From positions 53,444,001 through 53,508,000 of the forward strand of contig CM060733.1 of the NCBI GenBank assembly GCA_030704615.1: DNA of 64,000 nt, in the 5' to 3' direction. The notes under the pieces are model-generated. The model was not told the origin of the DNA, searched no databases, and saw nothing but the letters and a program-made list of their open reading frames with translations. A program made the position numbers and the translations under genes. Source of the stretch: Takakia lepidozioides (Eukaryota > Plantae > Bryophyta). Below, piece after piece: positions 39,160 through 51,721 of the stretch; the first letter of the stretch is position 1; every line of letters begins with the position of its first letter.

Positions 39160-42100
39160 AATGACGAGGCGTCGTTTGTTGGAGAACACAGGGCCAAGGC
39201 AGCAGGTGAACGCGGAGACTGATTCACAAGAGCAGACGGAGACTGAGGCAGCGGCTGCGACACAGTCGGCGATAAGAGTGCGCCAGCCTGTGGAGGCAGA
39301 GATGAATCGCAGGGACACTGAAGAAGGTGGAAGCACGTGGAACGCCGAACCTGCAGAAGGTCAAGAAACCCTTGCGCAGACAGAAACTCCAGCAGATGTG
39401 AGAGGGAAGAGGAAAGCTGCAGAAGGGGATCAAATTTCAAAACCTAAGAAGGTGCCAGTAAGTTTTATCATATAGTCTGTCTGATTGCCTTTCAAGGAGT
39501 CCTTCTCTTCCCTTCTTTAGCAGAAACTACTGAATCGCGAGCGTCGTTAACCGCCATTCGATTCTCCTCATGAGATTTATGTACCTATGTGTTTGAAGAG
39601 AGAGTCTGCACTTACTATTCTCCCTAAACTACACTGAATGTCGTTGCCGCCAATCAGTTGCACATATATGTCATTACACAACCCGATCCGGCAGGTTGTT
39701 ATTCTTTTGTGATTGTCGTTAACGCCGTTCGCTATCGCTCTCGCTTTTGTTTTGAATACGGCAGTCTCTCGGCTTTGCATGTGTAGATTGTGCTGAATTC
39801 TTTCACACCATTCATGGTGAGTTTCCTTGATACAGTGATTGTCGTTTACCCGCCATTCACTATTTGCAAATCACTTAGTCAGAACTGAATGGCATCGTGC
39901 AGAAAACTGTGAGGTCGAAGCCTACAGATCAGAGGGGAAAGGATCTGGAGATGGGGACGAGTCCGCAAAAGCTCAGAGAATACAGATGAAGCAGATGAAT
40001 CCGAAGTGCACTACCTTGACAAGGTGAAAGAACTCATGTCATTCCAGAAGGTAAACTCTCAGGAGGTTATAAGGGACATGCTCGTATCTGGAGGGCGTCT
40101 GGACATACCTCTGTGCCGGATGATATCAATGCCTGTTGTGCGTCCACCTCTTTCCCATGACATAACAAAATTGGAGAGTGATTTTGTGCATGGATATAGA
40201 CTTGGTGCACAAGTTTTTTTTATGTGTCACTGACGGATATAAATGGGAAAAGCACATTAGTTCTCCAGAGATCAGTGATAACTGGGATGAGTGCTGGAAA
40301 GATGCCAATGAGGAGTTCGAGCTGGGCCTCATGATGGGAAAGAACACCCAGCAATTCTGCAACCACATGTTCTACTACTGTCTGGGACGGCAACCACCGA
40401 TTGCTGGCATGGATGGGATACATTCAGAAACACCATTCGAAAGACAAAGACAAGCATGTTGCTGTGGAGGCAATGGTTTTGGATCCAGGAAACGACATCG
40501 CTAGGCTTCTTCTTACAGCTATGCACGACGTGAACAAGTAAGTCATCCAGGAGATTTCATTCCCTCTGTAGTGTCTTGTTATCCTCAAAAAACAGTGTTA
40601 AGGAATGCAATGTTTCCAATGTTTTTGCAGATCGACAGAGAAATCGCATGTGACAACAAGCTTGGTTCACACACTATTCCGAATTCAGAGGATTGGTCTG
40701 ATGAAGCTGGATGATTTTCGGACAGTACTACCACCCAATATCATCAAGAAGTGCGAAACAGGAAGAGCTGCAGCACTTGGTATTCTTTGACACGAGGCGT
40801 TTCTGGAGTACATGTATGCGGTAAGCCCGAGTCTGTAATCTGTTTACTTTTCGAATACATGTTTAGAGTCCCTTCGGAGCTAATCACTACTTGAATGAAT
40901 GCAGCAAGAACTGGCAGAGGCAGCTGAGAAGGGAAAATCCGAATATTACCTTACGCACTACACTACACCAGAGGAACTAAGGACATCAAAGGGGTGGAAG
41001 CTGCAATAAAGAAGGAGTTTGAGATGCGAAGAACCAAATGATGTCAGCCTTCGGAAGCAGCTTAGAATAGTAGATCCTGGACTTGGTCCTGAGTTCCTTC
41101 AGCAGATCAAAACACACTATGACAAGCATGTGCATCCGGAGATGCGCAGGAGAAATTGTCAAAAGCCGCTGGCCATATCGATGGTCGACCCACAAACAAA
41201 AATAAGGTGGCTGGAGATATGGAACTCAGATCAAACAGTAAAGGACTTGAATCAGTTCCCAAGAGCACCATACAGCCTGGCACAAAGGTGGAAGGAATCA
41301 ATTGATTTGGTGTTTGATAACTGGCTCCACAAGGCTACATTTTGGAGTCAGGTGTGTATTCGAACATGCTGTTTCTTCTCTTCAAGTATGTGATGTGTAT
41401 CTTTTTTGCAATTCTGACAAATATACTATTTGCAGCTCGAAAAGCGCGCCGTCATTGTGCTGGATCAGACTTTGAAGGACCTGAACATTGCGATTGTTTC
41501 CCCTCCCCAAATGTCATTTGAGGCATACATAAGGAAGTGGAGAGTCTCACCTGGAGATACTGTTTTTTCCGGGAGTTCTCCAAAGATGGTAACATTTTAC
41601 GGTCCAACGACTTTGACAGTCAGGTTGGAGGAGAGTGGCCATGATGCAGTTGTTTTGTACAGGTGCAATGTCATACTTGAAACTCTAACTACTGTTTTTT
41701 TGGGAAAAATGTGGCTTCATATGGATTGCAATCTTAGATCCAGATTGAATGTCGTTGACGACATTCACTTCTTTGTCTAAGTCATTCTTAGCGAGTATAT
41801 GAATTCACCTGTTCGGATCTAAGGGTGCAATTATATTGTCCCTGATTAGAATTGATAATGTCCTTGAATGGCGTTGACGACATTCACATTCGGAGTTGTT
41901 GAGAGGTCCTCAGGTTATTTAAATTTTTGTAATGTCCATAGAGGTTACAGTGAGGGTTCCTCACTTCATTTTGCTGAATGTCAATGCAGACATTCAGTTG
42001 TTCTGCATTGTTTTTTTTTCCTCTTGCGATGAATGTGGAGGCTTGATAAGCTCTGTTTTAAGAATCCAAAGTGAAATGTCGTTGACGACATTCCGCTGTG

Positions 42101-42769
42101 TCTGTATTATTCACATCGACAAATTCAATTTATATGATTGGGGAGCTAAGTAATTGGTTTCTTTTTTGTATTTTTGTGAATGGCGTTGACGCCATTCACA
42201 TACAGTGATGTTGTGAGGTCCTCAGTGATAGGTTCGTTATGAATGTGCATTGAGTTTTCCTGGATGGTTCCTTACTCAATTTTTTTATTTCCATCCTGTG
42301 ATTTGCTTCATTTAAGTAATAATTTGGCTTCATTCCTTGAATGTCGTTGACGACATTCACTTCTATGTCTGTGGTCATTTCTAATCGATTATTTGCATTC
42401 ACCTGGATTAGATGTATTTACAAGTGTCATGGAATGGAATGTTCTGAATGGGCGTTGACGACATTCATATCTGGAGCAGTAGTGTGTCCTGAAAGGTCCT
42501 TGGAGCAGTTTGTCAGAGCCATTTCAATCTCATGTTTATTCTTTCTGTTCTACTTGCAATCTTACTCACTGAGCGCTTTGTGGGTTTTGGGATTTATCTC
42601 CTTTTTTTCAGGTACACGAAATATGTGCTTATGGAAGGAAATCACCTGAGCGGAATTCCCGACTATCTTGACATGTGGTCAACCCTGCAAATGATCCCAA
42701 CCATGTATACTGCAGGGATAGTGAATGGACTGGATTCTTCTCCTTCAGAGACAGTGGTGTACCTTGACT
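39160..42769 (+). pseudogene. Multi-exon gene with a ParB/Sulfiredoxin-like WDGNHR motif, divergent from the transposase; runs into the gap
   Basis: IPLCRMISMPVVRPPLSHDITKLESDFVHGY...VWDGNHRLLAW...LLTAMHDVN. GT-AG introns at ~39455-39881, 40538-40630, 40821-40904, 41352-41434 and 41663-42611. Frameshifts in homopolymer runs. Confidence 0.6.
41746..42467. repeat. Array of 7 interspaced 22-bp palindromes, TGAATGTCGT-TG-ACGACATTCA
   Basis: Copies at 41746, 41865, 41975 (degenerate), 42073, 42177, 42338 and 42445. Confidence 0.9.
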
Positions 42770-43269
42770 NNNNNNNNNNNNNNNNNNNNNNNNNNNNNNN
42801 NNNNNNNNNNNNNNNNNNNNNNNNNNNNNNNNNNNNNNNNNNNNNNNNNNNNNNNNNNNNNNNNNNNNNNNNNNNNNNNNNNNNNNNNNNNNNNNNNNNN
42901 NNNNNNNNNNNNNNNNNNNNNNNNNNNNNNNNNNNNNNNNNNNNNNNNNNNNNNNNNNNNNNNNNNNNNNNNNNNNNNNNNNNNNNNNNNNNNNNNNNNN
43001 NNNNNNNNNNNNNNNNNNNNNNNNNNNNNNNNNNNNNNNNNNNNNNNNNNNNNNNNNNNNNNNNNNNNNNNNNNNNNNNNNNNNNNNNNNNNNNNNNNNN
43101 NNNNNNNNNNNNNNNNNNNNNNNNNNNNNNNNNNNNNNNNNNNNNNNNNNNNNNNNNNNNNNNNNNNNNNNNNNNNNNNNNNNNNNNNNNNNNNNNNNNN
43201 NNNNNNNNNNNNNNNNNNNNNNNNNNNNNNNNNNNNNNNNNNNNNNNNNNNNNNNNNNNNNNNNNNNNN
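42770..43269. other. Assembly gap (500 N)
   Basis: N run. Confidence 1.
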
Positions 43270-44249
43270 CAGGAAGTAACCTATGATGTGAAGCGCACCC
43301 AATAATCTGCCCTTCATCTTCCTTGGATCATTTTCGAGGGATGGAGCTTCTCAATGCTGGTTCGGGTCGCTCTTGCGACCCATATGTTACACCGATGGCT
43401 TTGCTGATAACCCCGGCTGTTTTCTACAAGCCCTGGCGTCCTACTCCAAGCACAACATTCTTCCCATGGCTAGCTCGCTCGACGACGAGGTTCTCCTGCC
43501 ACCATCGCTATACGTGGACCGACTCCGCTCTCCGTCCCCTCGCCGCCATCTGTACTCTCCCTCCAAGGTCTGCAGTACAACCCTATGGCATTCCACTCCA
43601 GAATCTTCAATGTTGGCCACCAAACTCGCTCACAACCAGCCTGTTCATTCTGTGCTTCTGTAAGTTCTCAATGCTCCTGTGGTTGTTTTTATGGTTTTCT
43701 AGTGTCGAGTCCTCGTACGCGAGTTGCGCCCATGTGTGGACTCAGCACTGCTACTTGCTTTTACCCTCTTGCATAATGTCAAAGCCACTGCGATATTCTG
43801 GAGGGCGCTGGTCTCTGGATGCCCGATCTGTTGTGCAATTGGGCTACCCCAAGCACTGCATTGGTCCTTTCTGTCATCGTGAGTTTCTCGTCGTTCACAT
43901 GTCATGCCTCACCGCGCACCACGCGAGCAACCGCCCAGCCTGCTGGCCCACTCTACTTTTGTTAATACGAACTCCAGCACTCCCACCCAAGATCTTGGCC
44001 TGCTTAAGCTCGAGCGGGCGACTGGAGGCCACAGGATAGCGAAGTCGAGATGGCCAACGTTTATCTCCGTCAGACTGCTGCGAAGACTGCGGTACGACCA
44101 GCGGATGGCTCGCCCGAATCTGCCCCAGCCTGCAAGTATCTCTCCCTCGCCAATTGCACCGCGATGGGCCTGACCCTGCCCCCACTTCCTTCGCCACAAC
44201 TGCAGCACACAACAAAGCCCAATCAGATTGACGCTCCAATGTACATCAC

Positions 44250-45215
44250 AACCCTGAATTTCGAAGTTCTAGCTGATATCATCAAAGCTGGAATCCCATC
44301 ATATATGAATCTGGAATATACCCTTGTTGATCTATATGCCAAATGCGGGGGCATGAAGGAAGCGCGGGCCTCTGTCAACAATATGAATCAGCGAGATGTG
44401 TTCCCATGGAGCTCCGCTGACTGCAGGATATGCCCAGCATGGTTGTGAGGGAAGCTTTTGAATGTATGTACAAATCAATGCGAAGGGTGCAAGCCCGACA
44501 GTTTAACATTCATTTAATTCTCAGTATGTGTACCACTCTTCCAGCCCTGGGAAATGACAAATTTGTCCCATTCTGACATAATCAAAAGCTGGAATCTCAC
44601 CTGATATCAATCTGAAGACTGCCCTTGCTGATATGTATGCCAGTGCTCACCAGCTCCACCTGTCTCAACCTCTTGTCATTGATTCTCATTATGCTTATGG
44701 CCCTCTAAGCAAAGATCTTCTAGCTCTCTAGCGATTTATCCCTGCCCGGCCGCACCAGAAGCGGCAGGCCAGGTTGAATGCCATGTCAAGCTGTAATTGT
44801 TGTGGAGACCTATGATCAAATGATGGGGGAAGGGGTGAAGCCCAACCACATCACGTGTGTGTGCATTTGCCATGCTTGTGCAAGCCCTGGCAGCCCTAGA
44901 GAAGCGCAAAGATGTCATGTTGACATCATCAGAGCTGGAGTGGTACCAAATGTTGTCTCCAGCCTCAAACTTGCAAATAAGCTGCCAGGTATGCACACGT
45001 TCCCTGAATTATCAGGCATGGAGTTTCATGTTGTTATCATCAAAGCTGGCATTATGCAAATTCAATCTGAAGACTGCCCTTTCTTAACATGTATGCCAAA
45101 TGCGGGAGCTTAATGGATGCAAGCCATGTGTTTTTGATGACACCTTAAACGAGCTGGGTTTTCTCATTGGAGTACCATGATAGCTTGATATGCTGAAAAT
45201 GGATGCGGTACAGTG
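44250..45215 (+). pseudogene. PPR (PLS-type) fragments
   Basis: ADIIKAGI...LVDLYAKCGGMKEA; ETYDQMMGEGVKPNHIT; heavily frameshifted. Confidence 0.8.
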
Positions 45216-46019
45216 GCTTTCTTGAACTCACGTCATTGGATGCCCCTTGATAGAATTTTTCTTACAACTTATGAGCTCGATCACAGGAAGCTGATGAGCA
45301 GCGCTACTTGATCATGGTGTTATATTGAAGATATGGCAGGAACTCAGTTCTACTGTCTCCCTCCTATTCCATTATGTCCCCCTCCCCAGGTTCTCATTAT
45401 GCTTATGGCCTCTTGCTATGCATACCTGCTGCCTATACAATACAACCTCCCCCTCCTCTGTATTCTGCCCCAGAGACCTATGCCCTGAATGCTGGCAATG
45501 AGGCCATTTTAAATGCACATAGCCAGGATTATGAACAGCCAACCACATTACGCAGCCATACAAGCCCTTACTGGGATATGACTCGACCAGTCTTGTACGA
45601 GCACATGCTTGCTGAGGTAGGCTCCTGGCGAAATGAACCTGGACAGGTCATGGTTGCATGCCATGCTAGTGCAAAAGACTGTGATATGAGTGGGGTTTGT
45701 GTCATCAAAATCTGCCTCCACATTCGAGACACCATCTCCAGCATTTGTCAAGACCTACCTAAACCCAAGGCTGCGAAAAGGTGGCCCAGCTTACTAAAGA
45801 AGGCCGGGGCCTGCACTGATCGGCCTTTGTCCGTGATGAGAGCAAGGATTCAAGCAATGAAGCAGCAGCATAAAGATCAAATATGCCACAGATCCGGACT
45901 GGGAGAGGTAGTTTGGAGAAGTGGGAGGGTAATTGCCCTGATCACGGTGCCGGCCATTTATGCCCCTATGTGCTGGATATATCAGTCAACACGTGACTAC
46001 TTACATGTAACTCTCCATC

Positions 46020-46510
46020 ATGCACCAACACCGCAAGTCAGACCATCCAGGGAAGTCACCTTATACGCTCTGTGTGATGCCAACTTTACCACCCACTCCT
46101 ATTGTCGAATGCCGTGCTTGGTACTTATAACATGAAATCTCAAACTCCACATTTATATGTTCCAGGAGCCTATACCTCCAATGCTGCCATTATCCTGTCG
46201 ACATCTGATACTACAACTATTGTTGTTTATGCGTCTGTGCAACCGACCACTTCTGCCAACAAGTGCTGCAAATATCCGCCAACAATCACCAATATGCCTT
46301 CAACTCTCCAGCCTGCACCAACACCACAAGACATGCCATCCAGGGAAGTGACCTTACATGCTCCGGTTGCTCCCTACACTGCCTCTAACTATAGATGTCA
46401 ACTGTTGTTATTCGTACTTAATACTGGTCCCATGAAATCTCACACTACACATCTCTATGTCCCACGAACTTACACCCTCAATGCTGCCATCATCTTGTCA
46501 ACTACTGGCT
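46020..46510. repeat. Degenerate direct repeat, ~2 x 190 bp
   Basis: GCACCAACACC.CAAG...CCATCCAGGGAAGT.ACCTTA...ATGAAATCTCA.ACT.CACAT occurs twice. Confidence 0.7.
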
Positions 46511-47099
46511 CCCTTTTCCTTCGCCTGAGAGAAAGCTACAACACTGCCATCTACCCTAATTTCTGGTGCATTGTAAGGATGTCTATACTGCAGCCCGCAT
46601 GTGAATCACAAACCCCGCCAACAATCAATTTCTGCTGCAAGCTGCTAGCCCCCTTCGATTTTGCCTATTGGAGTCCCTGCCTACCACCTTGCTCGTGTAC
46701 TTCCCCGACTCGCTGTGCTCCCTCACATGTGCCAACCTACAGCAAAGCACCGCGGCTCAATTTTGCTGCACTGACCACCTATCAGATCATAGGCTTGTTA
46801 GATATTGAGTTGTTGTTACCACTAGCTTATGTTGTAATTCCTGAACACCCCCTCTGCTCACACTTATTCTTTCAATATGCCACAGCAAAGTCTTGGCCTC
46901 TCATAATATCACAACGCTATACCCTTATTGGTTTCACTCACAAATCTCCATCTCTCATCCTCCACAACTTTAGACTCATCTTGTACTATATTTTTGCCCA
47001 AATAAGCACCCCCAACAAGCTTCTCCATCTCGTCACAAAACGCCCTGTCGTGCGCATACATATCGCTACACAACTACATCGCTATCCAGAACCACACAA

Positions 47100-48150
47100 C
47101 ATATGTGCACACCAAACACTAGTCTATCACTAGTGCACCACTAGTGCACCACTAGGCTGTCACTAGACAGCCACTAGTCCACCACTAGGCTGCCACTAGC
47201 CCATCACAATCGCCCCCCTAGCTGGCGCTTAGGTCCTTCTAAGTCGAGGTAGCCACAAGATGTGATAGTGGCCATAGCCTCACTAGGTCCTCCACCATTG
47301 TCTCTACTACACTCAAACTCAATAGATCAAGAGGCCGGGTACAAGAGTTGCCCCATCGTTAGTCGCCGTCTTGCAACCTGTGAACTTGAGCCTGAGATCT
47401 TGGGTATTGACTCATATGAGCTTGGCCTCCCATGTCTTGTGAGCTGTCACTAGTCATATCCACTGCCACCATCCCAAGCAGTGTGGACATAACCAATCTC
47501 CATCAAGAACCCTCTCAAGAGGTGGTGTCAAGCATCCCATGTGCCAACCTCTTGAGCATCGATCACACACCAGCATAGTGGCGGCACCACGAGCATGCAA
47601 CGCAACCCTGCAGGTACCACTGCAAGGGTGGGATCTATCATCCCATCCACATGTGGAAGGTGACATGGCGCACAATTACGCACATGGTCCTTCCATACCA
47701 TGCCATCTCGACCCTCCAGAATCAACACTCCTGAAGACAACACCTTCCTGACCCTTAGAATCACACGTCCCGCTATGACATCCAAGGTCGTGGGTGCTGT
47801 CTGCTGCAGATACACATAGTCCCCAGGGTGAAAACGCCAAACACCTGGCCGATATCCCCTTCCACGTATAGTGGCATATCTCAATGTGTCTCGGTGTTGG
47901 GCAATAGCAAGATTCTCAAAAGCCATAGGCATGACTCTCTTGAACAACTCTGCCCGCTGGGCACATGCTTGTGTCCACACATTCGGATCATCAAGATTGA
48001 GGACTACTGCAGCCTCCCTGCGAATAGACGCAGGCAAATCTGGCTCTCGGCCAAAGAGAAGGAAGTATGGTGAGAAGGAGGCAAGTGATGCTTGCTTGCT
48101 AAACCTGTAGTCCATGGCTAGCCAAGGTACCTGAAGATCCCAATCTCCTA
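47100..48150 (-). mobile_element. 3' fragment of a Ty3/gypsy element whose integrase ends in a PHD finger, with PPT and LTR start
   Basis: FSPYFLLFGREP...FHPGDYVYL; MLVCDRCSRGWHMGCLTPPL...GDWLCPHC (PHD); PPT GGGGGGCGAT then TGTGATG at 47208 on the minus strand. Confidence 0.8.
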
Positions 48151-48555
48151 TGTATAAGTCGTATTTGAACCCAAAGTCGATCGGTATATTCCTTCCAAAA
48201 TATAAAGCGCTCGTCGACCCATACAAAGACAAGTTTCTTCTGGATGAACTCAAACCGCACCTGGAAGAGTTGCGGTTATCCGGAAAAGACGCTGATATAG
48301 TCAACGTGGAAAAACCTATAGGATGTCCACCATATAATGACCCAAGGTCAAATGCCTCTTACTATAGGATTTGCAGTGTCAGGTTTATCTTAGAAAACAA
48401 AAAAATTCTAACGCTTTCTTGGAACAGATTGAAATGTAGATGGCTGCTCTAGATTTTCCTGAACCTCGACTGTCCAGTGGACGTTGCTCCAAATGTCAAT
48501 CATGTCATTGGTTTATCTTGATTACCACCTGAGTGGCTGTATGAATTTCTCACAG

Positions 48556-49287
48556 ATTGCAGCACCAGTTTCTCTAGTTGGGAAAGGATTGCGCTTGATA
48601 ATATTTGACCTGAATGGAGTTTTATGCAAAGTCTTGAAGCACCAGAAGAGCTACAGTGTCCCCTGAATGTCCGAGACAGACTACAGGATACCAGCTCTTG
48701 TTGGATTTCGACTTGTCTATAGGCGGGAAAAATATCGTGAGATGTGGACAGAGTTGAACAAACATTTCCATCTAGGTATATGGAGCTGCATGATGTACAA
48801 GAACTTGCAGCCTATCCTGGACTTTATGCTTCGGAGTCTTCCTCAGCCGGAATCTGTTATGTCTCGGGAAGATTGTATCTCCTGTCCTACTTCTGTCCAC
48901 CCTCAATTTATATCAGGATACGACCCGCCGAGTCTGTTCTTGAAGCCATTGATGACGGTCTGGCAAAGATTTGGTGGTCAGTACAATAGGAGTAACACTC
49001 TACTCATTGACGATTCTGCTATTAAGTGTGTGTTGAACCCGCCTGAATCCTGTCTGATTCGAAAATCGTTTGAATCCGTTGAGACGGACTCTTGCTATCT
49101 CCAGAAGGTTCTTCAGAAATATTTACTTGAAATGAAGAAATCTCGCACCGTTTCCAGTTATCTCAAGGAAAAGATGATAGGACTTAAGCCTTGTCAGAAT
49201 GTTTCCACCGATCCCAAGTTTAAGCCTCTCCTGGATTATGTTGATGATTCTAATTATGGGAATCTCCGATATGATGCTTCAAAATAA
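48556..49287 (+). pseudogene. FCP1/NIF-like HAD phosphatase homologue 1; in-frame stop at 48664-48666
   Basis: LIIFDLNGVLC, FHLGIWSC, FLKPL...W, NTLLIDDSAIKCVLNP. Confidence 0.75.
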
Positions 49288-50893
49288 AGATTTTATTGAT
49301 CAACCACGTCTGTGATTCAATGTTTATTTTTGATTGGTTTTTTTAAAGGTTGTATTGTTTTTCTATAAAAACTGTTGTGTACTGTGATTTCCTTTTCAAT
49401 CTGAATTGACATGGAATTGTTTGCTATTTCCTAGTCTCATCCATGCGTTTCTCCACCCTATACCATCCCGATCCTTTGAGATACAGGCCTTCTCCGAAAT
49501 TTGTCTCGGGGGCTTCTTCAAATCCGACAACCTCCCGTTTCTATACATTGACCTTGTAAGTTCGTTTCTGTAGGTTCATGGCGATGCTGCTGATGCCAAC
49601 TTTTTGTCGGGACCTCCATTGGAATCCTCCATATCAGAAATTCATCCACAGAGGGACAACAATCACACTACTGTTGAGATTTCTGTCATCGACGGTGAAG
49701 CATCATCCAGGCACTTGGCTTCCCTTCAATTGCACGTCCCTCTTCTTCAGTCCATTCCTGAAAAGGATGTTCTGTCGCATGATCGTTTAGGATTGAATGT
49801 CGAAGATGGAAGCCAACTTGACAAATGTGCAGGGGATTTCGTGGACCTCGCTCTACAATCCTCACCCTCCATGTTAAATGTCAAGGGTCTGAAATCTACC
49901 TCGAGAATGTCATCTATTGAGGATGCGGCTCCGCAGCACACTGTTGTCTCTCTTCCCTCCTTCTCTCCCCAGCACGAAGGTTGGACAGCCCAAATCAGAA
50001 GGAGTCAGGTAAAATTACTTATATCTGAATTCTAACTCGTCATTTTGTTTTCCTTAGTACTGGGTCTGATGTTCTTGTTTTACTCCAGGCCAGAAAATCT
50101 GCAGATTGTGACCTTCCTGTCAAACGACGTCTTCATTGGAAATCTATTCCGAGGTAATCCCTTCGTTACGTGTGAATTCCATTTAGGATGTGGAGTGCTC
50201 AAGGGACAATTTCCATTCCGTTCCCCTTCTCCGCAACCCTTTCGACGAGGACAAGGACGAGACTTCAATTGCAACTTCTTGGTTTCCCGGCCCTGCAATG
50301 TTGGCGCAATGTTCTGCATCGAGGAAGCGGAATAGGGCCCCCAAACCATTTCCATCTTTTCTACAAATCGGTTCCACCGGAGAAAAGTCCTTCGTCAGAG
50401 ACAAAACAGACTCGAGGAAGAAGAGGAATACCTCGGACATACCGGGGTCTCGTCAAAATACGTCCGTTCGGATGTCAAGCTCGCCAGCGAGACTTTCCAA
50501 TAAGGCGACATCGGTATTATTCGATATCATTTCTCCACTTTCTTCTCTTTTTTGTTCGTTTGGTTATGCACTAATTGCCTCCATCTTTTCTCAACAGGCA
50601 GGGATGCAACACGATACCTTCATCAATTTCCCTCCGTACAAGGTACTTTCCTGAACCTCCACTTGGCAGTCGACGTTCCTCTTCTTAGCAATAATAACCC
50701 TCCTCTTCAAACATTCCAAGCCCACAACATTGTGCAGTATTTTGCCATTTTCTGCACAATCGTGTTGATGTTCCATACACTCAATCATTCTGGGTCGTGT
50801 ATATTTTTCATTGCAGAAACGCTAATGTCAGTGTGTGATTAACCTGCTCATGATAACTTTGTCTCTCATTCTTTACATGCAACAGCGGGGAAG

Positions 50894-51721
50894 ATGAAAC
50901 GGATGTTGTTAATTTTGAGTGTCAACGGACTCCTCTGCTACCGGCCACCCCCAACCGGCGGTGAACTGTTTAAGGAGAAATTTCATTTCAGGAATGTGAC
51001 ACTTCAAGTTCCTGACAGACCGTTTGTGGTGCCTTGGCCTGGAGTCTTGGAGTTTCTGGACCTTGCATTGAAGCATTTTCATGTGGCCATTTGGTCATGT
51101 GCTGATAGAGGTGTTCTTTGTAGGATGTTGGAGAGCTTCGTCCCCACGAAAATAGCGAAGAAGTTTTGCTTCATATGGTCTGCTGAGGATTGTAAGGATA
51201 CCACCGGTTATATGAGGCTCGGGATTAAATATCTCGTGAAGGATATTCGAAGTGTTATTGTCAGGTACCCTGGTAGACCATTTGCTACGAAGGGGCAAAT
51301 ACTTCTTGTAGATGATGAGCCATCAAAAGGCCTGCGAAACCCACAAAATACTGGATTTTTCCCTTTCTCATTCAAGTCTTCACCAAACGGATTGCATGAC
51401 CGGGATGATATGACAAAAGCAGTGTGGCCATATATATCGGAGATGGCTGGAGCTTCAACAGTCATTGATTACATTAGCGAGAACCGGGCAAAGTGTTCTC
51501 ATAAGCCTATTGGTCGAGACCATGCCTGCTGGGTCTGGTATGGAAGATATCTTGATCCTCGTATTTGGATCCCACGACAAAAGGAACCTGATTACCTTGG
51601 TAGGCACGTGGATCCCACTGTTCTGTTGTTTGTTCATAATTTGATTTTCCAATTTTTTTGCAGCTGCATTTGCACTCTTACCTCAATATATCCATATGCA
51701 AAACTTCCACTTTGGGCCTAA
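50894..51721 (+). CDS. FCP1/NIF-like HAD phosphatase homologue 2, lacking the nucleophile Asp
   Basis: LLILSVNGLLC, PGVLEFL, FHVAIWSC, LVKDI, ILLVDDEPSKGLRNP; open 275-aa frame. Confidence 0.7.
   Translation: MKRMLLILSVNGLLCYRPPPTGGELFKEKFHFRNVTLQVPDRPFVVPWPGVLEFLDLALKHFHVAIWSCADRGVLCRMLESFVPTKIAKKFCFIWSAEDCKDTTGYMRLGIKYLVKDIRSVIVRYPGRPFATKGQILLVDDEPSKGLRNPQNTGFFPFSFKSSPNGLHDRDDMTKAVWPYISEMAGASTVIDYISENRAKCSHKPIGRDHACWVWYGRYLDPRIWIPRQKEPDYLGRHVDPTVLLFVHNLIFQFFCSCICTLTSIYPYAKLPLWA

Noticed and set aside
41746-42467. CRISPR array
   Set aside because: Eukaryotic intron context, no cas genes, and spacers of variable length (~75-140 bp) that partly resemble each other.
42532-43317. Long ORFs spanning the N run
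   Set aside because: Artefacts of translating Ns.
45374-47133. 253-aa and 343-aa ORFs
   Set aside because: No recognisable motif; they overlap degenerate repeats and probable LTR sequence.
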